Shown: piece by piece, positions 40,238 through 49,662 of the stretch
Layout of the letters: the number at the start of each line of letters is the position of its first letter
Position numbering within the stretch: the stretch's first letter is position 1
Virus record (IMG/VR): IMGVR_UViG_3300026484_000105
Span: 32,001-96,000 of that record
Length of the DNA: 64,000 nt
From: a virus
Direction: 5' to 3' (one strand)
The notes under the pieces: model-generated
Told to the model about the DNA's origin: nothing
Database searches by the model: none
Seen by the model: only the letters and a program-made list of their open reading frames with translations
Position numbers and translations under genes: made by a program

Positions 40238-40876
40238 TTAACCAGCATTGAAAGATGCTATTGGTATAGTTGGACAGTTAACTTTAAGATTTGATCTACC
40301 TATTTCAGTTATCTTAATTTTGGCATCTTTATTAAAACCAGAATATGATAAAATAACTCTCCTAACCTCATCTTCATTTCTACACACGACTAATAGACTA
40401 TCATATTCATCATAGTCTACACAAACTTCACGTTCAACTAGATATAGAGGAAGGTCTGTATAGGTTACGTATTCAAATTTACCACCTTCATTTTTAGCAT
40501 AAAGCCATGCTCTTTCAACAACATTTGAATCCACCTCTAAAAGACTACTTTCACCAAACTCAACCTGTAATGATCCATCATCATGGACCGCATTAAGAGT
40601 TATATTTTGAACAGCTAGACCAATGTCGGTCATTACCAATAATAAGGTTTTATACTCTACAACGACATACCGTTTTACCCAATTGCCAATTTTAATATTC
40701 TTATCTTTATACACTGATTTAAGTTCATGATTCTCTATGTAGTGTAATCTACCATCAAATATATACCCTGCTGCATATTCAGGTCGGTTGCAATCACCGC
40801 TGTTGTCACTGCCATAAATGAACTCGTTTACAAGTTTCTCTATTTTACTTTTATCCTCTATTCTACTTTTACTCAT
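40238..40876 (-). CDS. Hypothetical early protein
   Basis: 212 aa; AGGAG SD. The C-terminal YDEYDSLLVVCRNEDE...IASFNAG resembles a small phage domain of unknown function. Confidence 0.7.
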   Translation of the reverse strand: MSKSRIEDKSKIEKLVNEFIYGSDNSGDCNRPEYAAGYIFDGRLHYIENHELKSVYKDKNIKIGNWVKRYVVVEYKTLLLVMTDIGLAVQNITLNAVHDDGSLQVEFGESSLLEVDSNVVERAWLYAKNEGGKFEYVTYTDLPLYLVEREVCVDYDEYDSLLVVCRNEDEVRRVILSYSGFNKDAKIKITEIGRSNLKVNCPTIPIASFNAG

Positions 40877-40895
40877 AACTTACTCCTAGGGTTTA

Positions 40896-40948
40896 TTGAT
40901 ACTACCAAGTATCTACTACAATAATATACGGTTGAAAATATTTCGAAA
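40896..40948 (-). promoter_or_regulatory. Early-type promoter motif plus leader element (copy C)
   Basis: TTTCGAAATATTTTCAACCGTATATTATTGTAGTAGATACTTGGTAGTATC. Confidence 0.7.
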
Positions 40949-40978
40949 GTAGAAAAACAAAATGGATACTATTTATTA

Positions 40979-41008
40979 TAGACTATGAACCTTTGGGTTC
41001 ATAGTCTA
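40979..41008. terminator. Hairpin ending the topoisomerase operon
   Basis: TAGACTATGAACC-TTTG-GGTTCATAGTCTA. Confidence 0.7.
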
Positions 41009-41437
41009 CATATCAGTAAATTTACTATAATCGGGCATTCTTGAACAAAAATCAATATCTGGATTTTCTTCTTCATCAGAAGCAACTGTTTCAGCATATC
41101 TAGTACCAAATTTAATTGGACGTTTTTCAGGTTGTTTCCAAGTGAAAGAGTTAGTAATTAACATTTTATTTATGTTATGCCTAGGTCCTATCTCTCTATC
41201 AATATATCTAAATTCCCCATTCTTACCATTAGTAAGTAACTCATTTCTATCAATAGATCTTCCATGTTTATCGATAACAATAACATTATCAGATGGATAA
41301 GTAACAAAACTATTTTGTGTAAAGAATACTAATACGTTAGTTGTAAAATCTGTATTTAGATCTTTCTCTAATAGTTCCAAACCCTCTATATAACTTACTT
41401 CAGTCCCATCTGTAAAATCTATATGTATTGTAACCAT
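41006..41437 (-). CDS. Hypothetical protein
   Basis: 143 aa; AAGGAGG SD. Confidence 0.7.
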   Translation of the reverse strand: MVTIHIDFTDGTEVSYIEGLELLEKDLNTDFTTNVLVFFTQNSFVTYPSDNVIVIDKHGRSIDRNELLTNGKNGEFRYIDREIGPRHNINKMLITNSFTWKQPEKRPIKFGTRYAETVASDEEENPDIDFCSRMPDYSKFTDM

Positions 41438-41457
41438 GCTCCCTCCTTAGGTTTTAC

Positions 41458-43815
41458 TTATTTTCTCTTCTTAAATTTCTTACTTGGTTTTTGATTAACT
41501 ATATAATCGTTTATCTGTTCTACTGTAAGTTTCTTTATAGCTGATTCAGTCAAATCTTTAGGTAATTTAAAATTACCTTTTGAAACACCATTAACTACAC
41601 CATGTCTTTTTATATATGGTCCAAATCTACCATTTATAATACTAATAGGTCCATGTTTTCCAGCATCTCCATCCCACCATAAATTCTTGGCTTTTTCTAC
41701 ATCAGTAGATTCTATAAGTGGTAAAGCTTGATCTATAGTTACTTCATAAGGATCTAAACCATCATCTTTCTTAAGCTGATAGTAGTTATTTTTAACCTGT
41801 AAATATGGTCCAAACCTACCTATTTTAACATGTACTTCTTCACCAGAACCAGTTGTACCTATGACTCTAGGTATCTTCATGTAATGTTTAGCTTGTTCCA
41901 AAGTCATAGTTTTAACATCTATACCCTTAGGTATAGGAGAAGATTTGGGTTTATACTTAGTCTCCTTATCATATTCGCCTATACTTACATAACTACCATG
42001 CATACCAGTTTTAACTATGATATCTTTTCCAGTTTCTTTATCTACACCAAGAACTCTGGCTTCAGAATAGTCTACTCTATCACCATCAGCTTTACTCTCT
42101 ACAACCTTAACAAAGTCATCGTAGAAATCATGCAAAACCTTCTGCCATTTAATTTTACCTTCGGCAATCATATCGAAGTTATTCTCCATATTAGCAGTAA
42201 ACCTAAGATCAACTATATCACTGAAATTTTCTTTCAAATATTTAGTAACCACCCCACCTATAATCGTTGGCATTAACCGCTTATCTTCATTCTTCTCTAC
42301 ATAACCACGGTTCATGATTGTACTGATTGTAGATGCGTATGTAGATGGTCTACCTATGCCCTCAGATTCAAGCTTCTTAACCAAAGAAGCTTCAGTATAT
42401 CTAGCAGGAGGTTTAGTAAAGTTTTGTTCCATGGTTAATGTAGCATTGTCAAATATCGTATTAACATCTATAAGCGGTAAGATCTTCTCATCAGTAGCAA
42501 GAGACGCATTCGGATCATCACTACCCTCCACATAAGCACGCATAAATCCAGGGAATATAATCTTAGTACCCTTAGATACGAATTCGTATTTACCATTAGT
42601 TCCACCATATATTTTATATGTAGTTAATGCAACCTTGGCTTGTGCCATTTGAGTAGCTACAGTTCTCTTCCATATAAGACTATATAGTTTAAACTCTCTA
42701 GGTTCTAAATAGCTTTCTATGTCAGATGGTTTAAGTAGCATATTAGTTGGTCTTATTGCCTCATGAGCTTCTTGAGCACCTTTAGATTTAGTTTTATACT
42801 TACGAACATATGGTAACGCATACTCTTTACCAAATGTTTCAATAATAACCTTCTTAGCAGCAGAAGTAGCTACATCGGATAGATTAATTGCATCAGTTCT
42901 CATGTATGTAATTAAACCACCAGTATGTCCAGAAACATTAATACTACCCTCATATAGTCTTTGTGCCAAAGACATAGTTTGTTTAACGCCATAGCCAAGC
43001 TTTCTACTGGCTTCTTGTTGTAATGTAGATGTTATAAATGGGGCACTTGGATTTCTCAGACTATCTTTAGATTCAATATCAGTTAACTTATAAATATTTT
43101 TATCACAATCAATTTTAATAAGTCTAGCATCTGCTTCAGTTTTAACCTTAGTAACCTTACCGTCTATCTTATTTAAAGAAGCATTAAAGATACTTTTATT
43201 ATAATTGATCTTTAAGTTATGTTTCCAAAACTCTTCTGGGTCAAAAGCAGTTATCTCATCTTCCCTATCTACTATTATTCTAACAGCAACAGATTGGACT
43301 CTACCTGCAGATAAACCATATCTAATCTTCTTCCATAACAATGGTGATAATGTAAAACCAACAGCCCTATCCAATATACGCCTCGCTTGCTGCGCGTCTA
43401 CTAGGTTTTTATCTAACTCTCTAGGGTGATCCATAGCATGTAATATCGCATCTTTAGTAACCTCATGGAACACGACCCTTCTTACCTCGTGCTTCTCAAT
43501 ACCTAATGTAGGTATAAGGTGCCAAGCAATAGCCTCACCCTCACGATCATCATCAGCTGCTAATATTATAGTAGTATCACTACCAATATAACTTCTTAGT
43601 TCTTTTACAACTTTAATTTTATCCTGTGTAACCATGTACTTGGGTTTAAAGTTATCCTTAGGATCAAATCCTAAACTAGACTTAGGTAGATCCCTTACGT
43701 GACCAAAACTTGCAAGTACCTTATAGTCATTATTAAGAAACTTACTTAATGTCCTGGCCTTAGCTGGGCTTTCGCAAATAACTAAGTATTTAATTCCCTT
43801 CCCTTTCTTTCTCAT
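41458..43815 (-). CDS. topA: Type IA DNA topoisomerase I
   Basis: TOPRIM LVICESPAKA, ASFGHVRDL, DDDREGEAI, LSAGRVQS, catalytic GLITYMRTD, AQEAHEAIRPT, GIGRPSTYA, and C-terminal GRFGPY repeats. Confidence 0.97.
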   Translation of the reverse strand: MRKKGKGIKYLVICESPAKARTLSKFLNNDYKVLASFGHVRDLPKSSLGFDPKDNFKPKYMVTQDKIKVVKELRSYIGSDTTIILAADDDREGEAIAWHLIPTLGIEKHEVRRVVFHEVTKDAILHAMDHPRELDKNLVDAQQARRILDRAVGFTLSPLLWKKIRYGLSAGRVQSVAVRIIVDREDEITAFDPEEFWKHNLKINYNKSIFNASLNKIDGKVTKVKTEADARLIKIDCDKNIYKLTDIESKDSLRNPSAPFITSTLQQEASRKLGYGVKQTMSLAQRLYEGSINVSGHTGGLITYMRTDAINLSDVATSAAKKVIIETFGKEYALPYVRKYKTKSKGAQEAHEAIRPTNMLLKPSDIESYLEPREFKLYSLIWKRTVATQMAQAKVALTTYKIYGGTNGKYEFVSKGTKIIFPGFMRAYVEGSDDPNASLATDEKILPLIDVNTIFDNATLTMEQNFTKPPARYTEASLVKKLESEGIGRPSTYASTISTIMNRGYVEKNEDKRLMPTIIGGVVTKYLKENFSDIVDLRFTANMENNFDMIAEGKIKWQKVLHDFYDDFVKVVESKADGDRVDYSEARVLGVDKETGKDIIVKTGMHGSYVSIGEYDKETKYKPKSSPIPKGIDVKTMTLEQAKHYMKIPRVIGTTGSGEEVHVKIGRFGPYLQVKNNYYQLKKDDGLDPYEVTIDQALPLIESTDVEKAKNLWWDGDAGKHGPISIINGRFGPYIKRHGVVNGVSKGNFKLPKDLTESAIKKLTVEQINDYIVNQKPSKKFKKRK

Positions 43816-43832
43816 GCATTCTCCCTTATTTT

Positions 43833-44243
43833 CTATTTCATTGGTATAGCCAGATTATATACAAGTACATTATCCTCATCATACCCACGATTCAAAGTAA
43901 GCATTATAGTTACAAAAGCATTATTATCGTTATCTAAAAGTTCATCTGATATGAATTCTTTTAAAATTTCAATAACATTAAGCTTCTCCCCAGCTTTACT
44001 AAAGCCAAAACTTTCGAATGTTAACAGTTCTGATTTATACATGGCTTCAAAAGTATCTTCTTCCCTAAAGGCGTATTCGTCATTTACTGGGGTGATACTA
44101 ATAAAATCAATATATAACATATCCTCAGATTCATCATACTTATATTTAATACCTTTACTCTTAAGGTGTTCTCTTAATTGCTCACTTAACTTATCTAGAT
44201 CTTTCTTATTCTTATAATTCAACAACGTTGCTTCCATACTCAC
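43833..44243 (-). CDS. Hypothetical protein
   Basis: 136 aa; first gene after promoter copy G. Confidence 0.7.
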   Translation of the reverse strand: MSMEATLLNYKNKKDLDKLSEQLREHLKSKGIKYKYDESEDMLYIDFISITPVNDEYAFREEDTFEAMYKSELLTFESFGFSKAGEKLNVIEILKEFISDELLDNDNNAFVTIMLTLNRGYDEDNVLVYNLAIPMK

Positions 44244-44267
44244 TCCTTTTAATTTATGTACTATGTA

Positions 44268-44302
44268 TACATATTAATAATATATGTACGAAATAAAATG
44301 GA
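44268..44302 (-). promoter_or_regulatory. Early-type promoter motif (copy G, divergent)
   Basis: TCCATTTTATTTCGTACATATATTATTAATAT, abutting a terminator hairpin. Confidence 0.55.
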
Positions 44303-44336
44303 GTACTACAGATACGATTTAACGTATCTGTAGTAC
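44303..44336. terminator. Hairpin after head protein gene
   Basis: GTACTACAGATACG-ATTTAA-CGTATCTGTAGTAC. Confidence 0.7.
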
Positions 44337-45788
44337 CTACATCTTTATAATTTTAATTAGGCTATTCACCATTCCAATTTGTTGCTGTGCTAACGTATAA
44401 TTAGCCATAGCTACTGTTATAAGGCTTGCATTACTGTCAATTAATTTAGTAATTGTTTCTATGCTATCTTTGGTAACAGTAAAATCACTATTTTCATCTT
44501 TCATATAGTCATGTAGAATATTAACCTTCTCTACTATCTCTTTAATTAAGTTAGATATTTCTTCCATATCAACCTTAGATAGAGTCATACCCATTTTAGT
44601 AGTGTCTTCAACTAGAGTAGGAATACACGCCACGTTAGGTATCAGTCTACCAACTGGAAGTCTATCAACATTATTAGAGGGATTAATAAGCTTAGTTAAC
44701 TTAATTCTTATTTCTCTATATGCTTCACTTATTTGTTCAGAAGAGTGTTTCTTTGGTTTAAAAGATCTTCTATAATCTGTATCAGAAAGAATTCTACTTA
44801 GATTAATACTTAGTTCCTCTAAAGAGTTTATGAGGATCCTATCGAGCAACTCATTATTCTCAGTAACATACTGGGTTACATCTAAAAGATTAGCTTTCAA
44901 ACCCAATGTAACTGGAGCTAATCTTGATTCTATATTTACATATTTAAGATCAACTACGGATCTCTTTATGCCAACATAAGCTTTCTTAAGATCTTTTAAA
45001 TCCCCACTATCATTACTCATAGCTATATTTATGATTGCTACTTTTTCATTGAATACTTCAGCCATACTCTTAAATCTTTTATTAACAGCAGAATTAATAT
45101 TACTTATAAAACCACTCTCTACAGACAATGTAATTGTATATTGACTAATGTAATCTATATTATCTAAGCTCTCCTCCATACTCTTAACTAGATTTTCCAT
45201 ACTAATTCCATCTTTAGAATCATACTTATAGGTAGTGTAATTTATAGATCGCTTATTAGCATCGTAATAAAAGACATATGTTGGTATAATTGTATCATAA
45301 TTCTTAAAGTAATTTATTACTGGTACGAGGAAGAACTTATTGTCAGATTCTATTAATAGTGGTAACGTTCTAAAACTATCAAATTCCAATGATACACCTG
45401 ATCCCTGTTCAGTTAGAATATATAGTATCTCTTTTATCTTATCAAACTTTACCTTTTTATCTACAATGAAGTCCTTTTTGGTATTGAAGAATCCTGCATT
45501 AGGATCAAGTTCACCTAATCCCTCTTTTCTAAGAGAGTTATATACGTTAATTGCGCCTACACTAGGATTCTCCCCTATAACATACCGTTGCCCAGAAGAT
45601 AGCATCTCATCTATAGACGCATTACATAAGATATTATGTTTTTTACACATTATGTTAGTTAGTTTTATAAGAGACTGTTCCGTATATACTGGATTTCCAA
45701 ATATTAAATCAACGTGTGCTTTTTTATATAGTTTACTAACATTAATAGATTCATCCGAACCTTCAATTGATATAGTTAGATCTTCCAT
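44337..45788 (-). CDS. Putative protease-processed virion head protein
   Basis: S-x-E sites (SIE, SLE, SME, SVE) precede a helical C-terminal domain; 483 aa. Confidence 0.6.
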   Translation of the reverse strand: MEDLTISIEGSDESINVSKLYKKAHVDLIFGNPVYTEQSLIKLTNIMCKKHNILCNASIDEMLSSGQRYVIGENPSVGAINVYNSLRKEGLGELDPNAGFFNTKKDFIVDKKVKFDKIKEILYILTEQGSGVSLEFDSFRTLPLLIESDNKFFLVPVINYFKNYDTIIPTYVFYYDANKRSINYTTYKYDSKDGISMENLVKSMEESLDNIDYISQYTITLSVESGFISNINSAVNKRFKSMAEVFNEKVAIINIAMSNDSGDLKDLKKAYVGIKRSVVDLKYVNIESRLAPVTLGLKANLLDVTQYVTENNELLDRILINSLEELSINLSRILSDTDYRRSFKPKKHSSEQISEAYREIRIKLTKLINPSNNVDRLPVGRLIPNVACIPTLVEDTTKMGMTLSKVDMEEISNLIKEIVEKVNILHDYMKDENSDFTVTKDSIETITKLIDSNASLITVAMANYTLAQQQIGMVNSLIKIIKM

Positions 45789-45789
45789 T

Positions 45790-46413
45790 TTATTTCCTTT
45801 TTAATTTTCTTTTATCCCAAACATCTTTGATATTCTCAGATTGAGAACCCCATTTTAGATTTATTGCAATATTATTTTCTTTATTATCATCAAGATGCAT
45901 TACAACGTATTTCTTACCAGGTTGTGGTCCATGAAATGTTCTACATATTAATCTATGGACATATTCCATTTTAGATTTAGTAGAACCATCTTTAATAAGT
46001 GATACCTTAAGATAATGTCCTGCTGTAACACCTTTAGTAAAATTACCTGTCTTGATGTTTAATATTTCACCTTTGTTACTAGCCATATACCTACTGAAGT
46101 TGGGTATTCTTTTCCAGATTTTACCATCATTGTGTAATGGTAGAATTTCTTTATTACTCAATTTAATTGTAAAAGGAATCTCTATATAAACTTCATTCTT
46201 TTTACTTATAACTGAATCATCAATATTAAGCTTGTCCTTTTTATCGTTAATCTTTATATAATACCAACCTTTTAGAGTTTTGAATTTCTTAATAATAAAC
46301 TTACGTAAGGAGCTTAAATTAGTATGTGTAAGCGTATTATCATAATTGGTATTTTTATATTTTATAACTTTAGATAAAGCCTCTTTTTTATGTATCGCAA
46401 AATAAGCATCCAT
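45790..46413 (-). CDS. Free-standing NUMOD4-HNH endonuclease
   Basis: WKRIPNFSRYMASNKGEI (NUMOD4), then YVHRLICRTF...VMHLDDNKENNIAINLKW.SQSEN (HNH). Confidence 0.88.
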   Translation of the reverse strand: MDAYFAIHKKEALSKVIKYKNTNYDNTLTHTNLSSLRKFIIKKFKTLKGWYYIKINDKKDKLNIDDSVISKKNEVYIEIPFTIKLSNKEILPLHNDGKIWKRIPNFSRYMASNKGEILNIKTGNFTKGVTAGHYLKVSLIKDGSTKSKMEYVHRLICRTFHGPQPGKKYVVMHLDDNKENNIAINLKWGSQSENIKDVWDKRKLKRK

Positions 46414-46496
46414 ATAGTATAGTCCTTTATAAGTTGTTCATATAAAAGCGAGGTGAAAAAAAAGCCTTATAGTCAGGAAGATACCCGACTACAAGT

Positions 46497-46838
46497 TTAT
46501 CTCTGACAATGAATGTGTCCATAAGACCATTCTGTTCTTAAATTATTACTTAAGTTTAATCTTACTCTAACGTAATATTTAACATTATATTTAATAATGT
46601 TTCTTAGAGTCAATAAGTCTCTATTGTTAACGTCATCTTTTACCATAAAGACTAAATCATCAGGATTGAAATTATTATCTGAACACACTTCCCAATCAGT
46701 ACTATTGTGACTAATATTATCTGGCAGTAATGTGTTTTTTGAATCACCAAAACCATAACCAGATTCTAACATACCTTTTAACACTACCGTTAGAATATCA
46801 ATAGCCTCATCTTTAGAATGTTTGTTGGATACACACAT
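46497..46838 (-). CDS. Hypothetical protein with FN3/Ig-like beta-sandwich fragment
   Basis: HNSTDWEVCSDNNF...KYYVRVR...TEWS resembles FN3-like repeats of phage surface proteins. Confidence 0.55.
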   Translation of the reverse strand: MCVSNKHSKDEAIDILTVVLKGMLESGYGFGDSKNTLLPDNISHNSTDWEVCSDNNFNPDDLVFMVKDDVNNRDLLTLRNIIKYNVKYYVRVRLNLSNNLRTEWSYGHIHCQR

Positions 46839-46955
46839 TTATTCTTCCTTTCTAACTATATGTAGGGTTAAGTGCCTATTGTCTATCTTAAAACTCTCGA
46901 ACGGATTATTCTCAACATTTACATAATCTATGCAATTACCATTTCTATAGATCTC
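46838..46955 (-). pseudogene. Start-less remnant paralogous to the 3' end of the HAD gene
   Basis: Frame reads YVNVENNPFESFKIDNRHLTLHIVRKEE*, versus YVTEEDNPFKSFKISNKNLALYMVRKDE in 47684-48334. An in-frame TAG lies upstream. Confidence 0.65.
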
Positions 46956-46975
46956 CTAATAAGTACCAACATTAT

Positions 46976-47419
46976 TTATTTCTTTTTGGTAACATTGGAT
47001 ATCGTATAACTGTCTTCCACTTTATCAACTGGTGTCCATTTTGCTTCTGTAAGATTGGCCTCAACGTAATTCACTGGATATTGCATAGTTTCTTTAACAT
47101 CTACAACCTCACCATCTTTAATAGTCAAAACAAACTCAAGCCAATCTCTGATTTCATTTTCATGCTGTATCTTGCTACCATATATATTTAGATGAAAATT
47201 AACATTACTTAACTTTGCAGGTAGAAATGGTGGAGGAATACATTCATCCCAGTAACGAAATGAGTCCTCATCAAGTAAACCAGTAAGGATAATGTTACCA
47301 CCTTTATCAATCGTATATCTATCTAGACCGCAATTTAAATCTTTAGTTTGGTAGTTGCCTTTTGGAATACCAAGTTCCACCAAATCCTCTTCTATAATAA
47401 TATCGTCAAACATTCCCAT
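46976..47419 (-). CDS. Conserved phage hypothetical protein (MGMFD...YQTKDL type)
   Basis: MGMFDDI...YQTKDLNCGLDRYTI...WLEF...DG; AGGAG SD. Confidence 0.7.
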   Translation of the reverse strand: MGMFDDIIIEEDLVELGIPKGNYQTKDLNCGLDRYTIDKGGNIILTGLLDEDSFRYWDECIPPPFLPAKLSNVNFHLNIYGSKIQHENEIRDWLEFVLTIKDGEVVDVKETMQYPVNYVEANLTEAKWTPVDKVEDSYTISNVTKKK

Positions 47420-47514
47420 CTTACATCTCCTATAAATAATCTACTGATTCTAACAACATCTTCACTAATACCATTTTCAACATTATTTTTATTCATTACA
47501 AATTTCCTATTTTT

Positions 47515-47703
47515 CTAAAGTAACAATTTATCATCATTAAGTAACTGCAGTAATTTTCCAATGTCTGGATGTTCTTCTTTTTTAACAGCTCTACAATACG
47601 TATGTTCTGCTATGAATACCGGATTCTTTGCAAGATTCCAATTATTAGACATATCCTTATATACATAATGATACGCAGTAAAATCATTTAGCATTATCTT
47701 CAT
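47515..47703 (-). CDS. Small hypothetical protein
   Basis: 62 aa; overlaps the upstream stop. Confidence 0.55.
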   Translation of the reverse strand: MKIMLNDFTAYHYVYKDMSNNWNLAKNPVFIAEHTYCRAVKKEEHPDIGKLLQLLNDDKLLL

Positions 47704-48334
47704 CCTTTCTAACCATATATAATGCTAAATTCTTATTGCTTATTTTAAAACTTTTAAAAGGATTATCTTCTTCAGTTACATAACCAGTAACTACATGTGG
47801 TCGATATCCTTTTTTAACAAAGATACTAATGTTCCCTATAGAAGCTAAATGCTCTTGACCATCATACCCTTCTAGACCATTTAACTTAGTTATGATATCA
47901 AGAGTGTTAGCATTAGTTAAGCCCTCATTCATGTCTACCTCAACCACATTTTCCTTTGGTATCACATTACATTTATCACCACATATATCATCTATTTCAT
48001 CATCTATGACAACATATGTTTCTATATTATGACCATAATCGGATAAGTATTCACGGATCTGTTCACCTCTGAATTTCTTCTTTCTAGGCGTCGAACCGAT
48101 TATACAATTTAAATATTTAAATCTTAGCTTATCCAGTTTTCTTTTAAGTTGTTTTTCAGACCATGAAGATGATATGACTATATTTAAGTCAGGCACTCTT
48201 TCAAGTATGAATTCCAGTCTAACCATCAGGTGTCGTTCAATTGGATCATTGCCAATATTGTTAAAACCATGACTATAGTAACTAGCACCCATGATGTTAA
48301 GTACGCCATCTACATCTAAGAATAGTATCTTCAT
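47684..48334 (-). CDS. HAD-superfamily protein (Swiss-army-knife RNA-repair HAD type)
   Basis: ILFLDVDGVLN, IVISSSW, TP, RGEQI..YL, YVVIDD and GLT. Confidence 0.85.
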   Translation of the reverse strand: MKILFLDVDGVLNIMGASYYSHGFNNIGNDPIERHLMVRLEFILERVPDLNIVISSSWSEKQLKRKLDKLRFKYLNCIIGSTPRKKKFRGEQIREYLSDYGHNIETYVVIDDEIDDICGDKCNVIPKENVVEVDMNEGLTNANTLDIITKLNGLEGYDGQEHLASIGNISIFVKKGYRPHVVTGYVTEEDNPFKSFKISNKNLALYMVRKDEDNAK

Positions 48335-48879
48335 TACCGACCACCAATATGAAAAACGATGGTATCATTTATAATTTTTTTTATTATTAAACCTTCAAGA
48401 AGTAAAATCTCATTTATATCTCCAGTATAACCTTCAATCATTAATGCGAACCCGAAATCGTCAATATTATACTTACCGAAGTAATGCGTAGTGGACGCTA
48501 ATTTCATCATCTCAGGTAATTTCAATTCCCTGTTACAAATTGGTCTGAATTTAACAAGTAGTTCATTACATTCATTGTCTATATAGATAATAGAATTAAA
48601 TATATCATCGAGTACATTTAAATCAATATCTATGTCACGGAGGGCTTTCCCGATATTACGTTTAAGAATAAATATTCTACATGCATTGATAGACATACAA
48701 AAACTATCGTCATCTAAATTTCTTAGATCGTACTCAGTATTAGTAAAACGAGCTGGACGTTCGTGTAAGTTCCCATCAAGATCTTGTTGTACGAGCTTCT
48801 TTCTATCAACAATAATAATGTTACCAGTAGTTCTAGGTATTGGTTTAAGAAACGGCTCTTTAATAGGGTAATTTTCCAT
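48334..48879 (-). CDS. Hypothetical protein
   Basis: 181 aa; AAGGAG SD. Confidence 0.7.
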   Translation of the reverse strand: MENYPIKEPFLKPIPRTTGNIIIVDRKKLVQQDLDGNLHERPARFTNTEYDLRNLDDDSFCMSINACRIFILKRNIGKALRDIDIDLNVLDDIFNSIIYIDNECNELLVKFRPICNRELKLPEMMKLASTTHYFGKYNIDDFGFALMIEGYTGDINEILLLEGLIIKKIINDTIVFHIGGR

Positions 48880-48891
48880 AATATTTCTCCT

Positions 48892-49662
48892 TTAATTTCT
48901 TACTGTTTTATCAAGAGACTTAAAACATTCTAGGTCTAGTGTAGTATCGTGTTCTAAATACTCAGCTGTATTATAAACACACATAGTCTTATCTATTTCA
49001 TGCTTTATATTCATGTGATCTAATAAGGCAGAATGTCCGATAACACACTGATTATAGTATTCGCCAAATAAGGTTATTTCAGTATCTACACCAATTTCAA
49101 TATGTTCGTAAAATGGTTTTGCAAACATATTAACATATTGTATGCCGCCATGACTAAATTGTATGATATTCACATTATCAATCTTTAAAGATTTAAATTT
49201 ATCCATATGCTGTTCAAACTTATCCATAAAACCATAATCACCATCAAATAGAATTCCAGAGAATTCTGTAGCCATCAGATCCTCCACATATTTACTCCTA
49301 AATAATTTATTTAAACGATGTTCTAAATTAAATTTTCCTAACGCAATACTGTTTCTATATCTTTTAGGAGTTTTCACTTTGGCCGTTAATTCATCTAAGA
49401 AAGTCTTTATGCCATCTTTACGAATAGGGCACGCTATATCATCTACGATAAACTCTTTACCATATAAATAATACTTGATGATATCACTACAAAACATTCT
49501 AATATATTTTAAACGTAGCCCAATGTTAACGGAACAATGATATATGATAACTGTATCAAAACGTTTAATATACCTTATGTATTCATCCATCATCTCAGCG
49601 TTATTATCACTGCTAATAGTGGACCATCCTGGATGGATTAAGATACCTACTTTAGTTTTCAT
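48892..49662 (-). CDS. Hypothetical protein, possibly isochorismatase/cysteine-hydrolase-like
   Basis: ILIHP at the N-terminus and ITLFGEYYNQCV near the C-terminus; weak similarity only. Confidence 0.5.
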   Translation of the reverse strand: MKTKVGILIHPGWSTISSDNNAEMMDEYIRYIKRFDTVIIYHCSVNIGLRLKYIRMFCSDIIKYYLYGKEFIVDDIACPIRKDGIKTFLDELTAKVKTPKRYRNSIALGKFNLEHRLNKLFRSKYVEDLMATEFSGILFDGDYGFMDKFEQHMDKFKSLKIDNVNIIQFSHGGIQYVNMFAKPFYEHIEIGVDTEITLFGEYYNQCVIGHSALLDHMNIKHEIDKTMCVYNTAEYLEHDTTLDLECFKSLDKTVRN

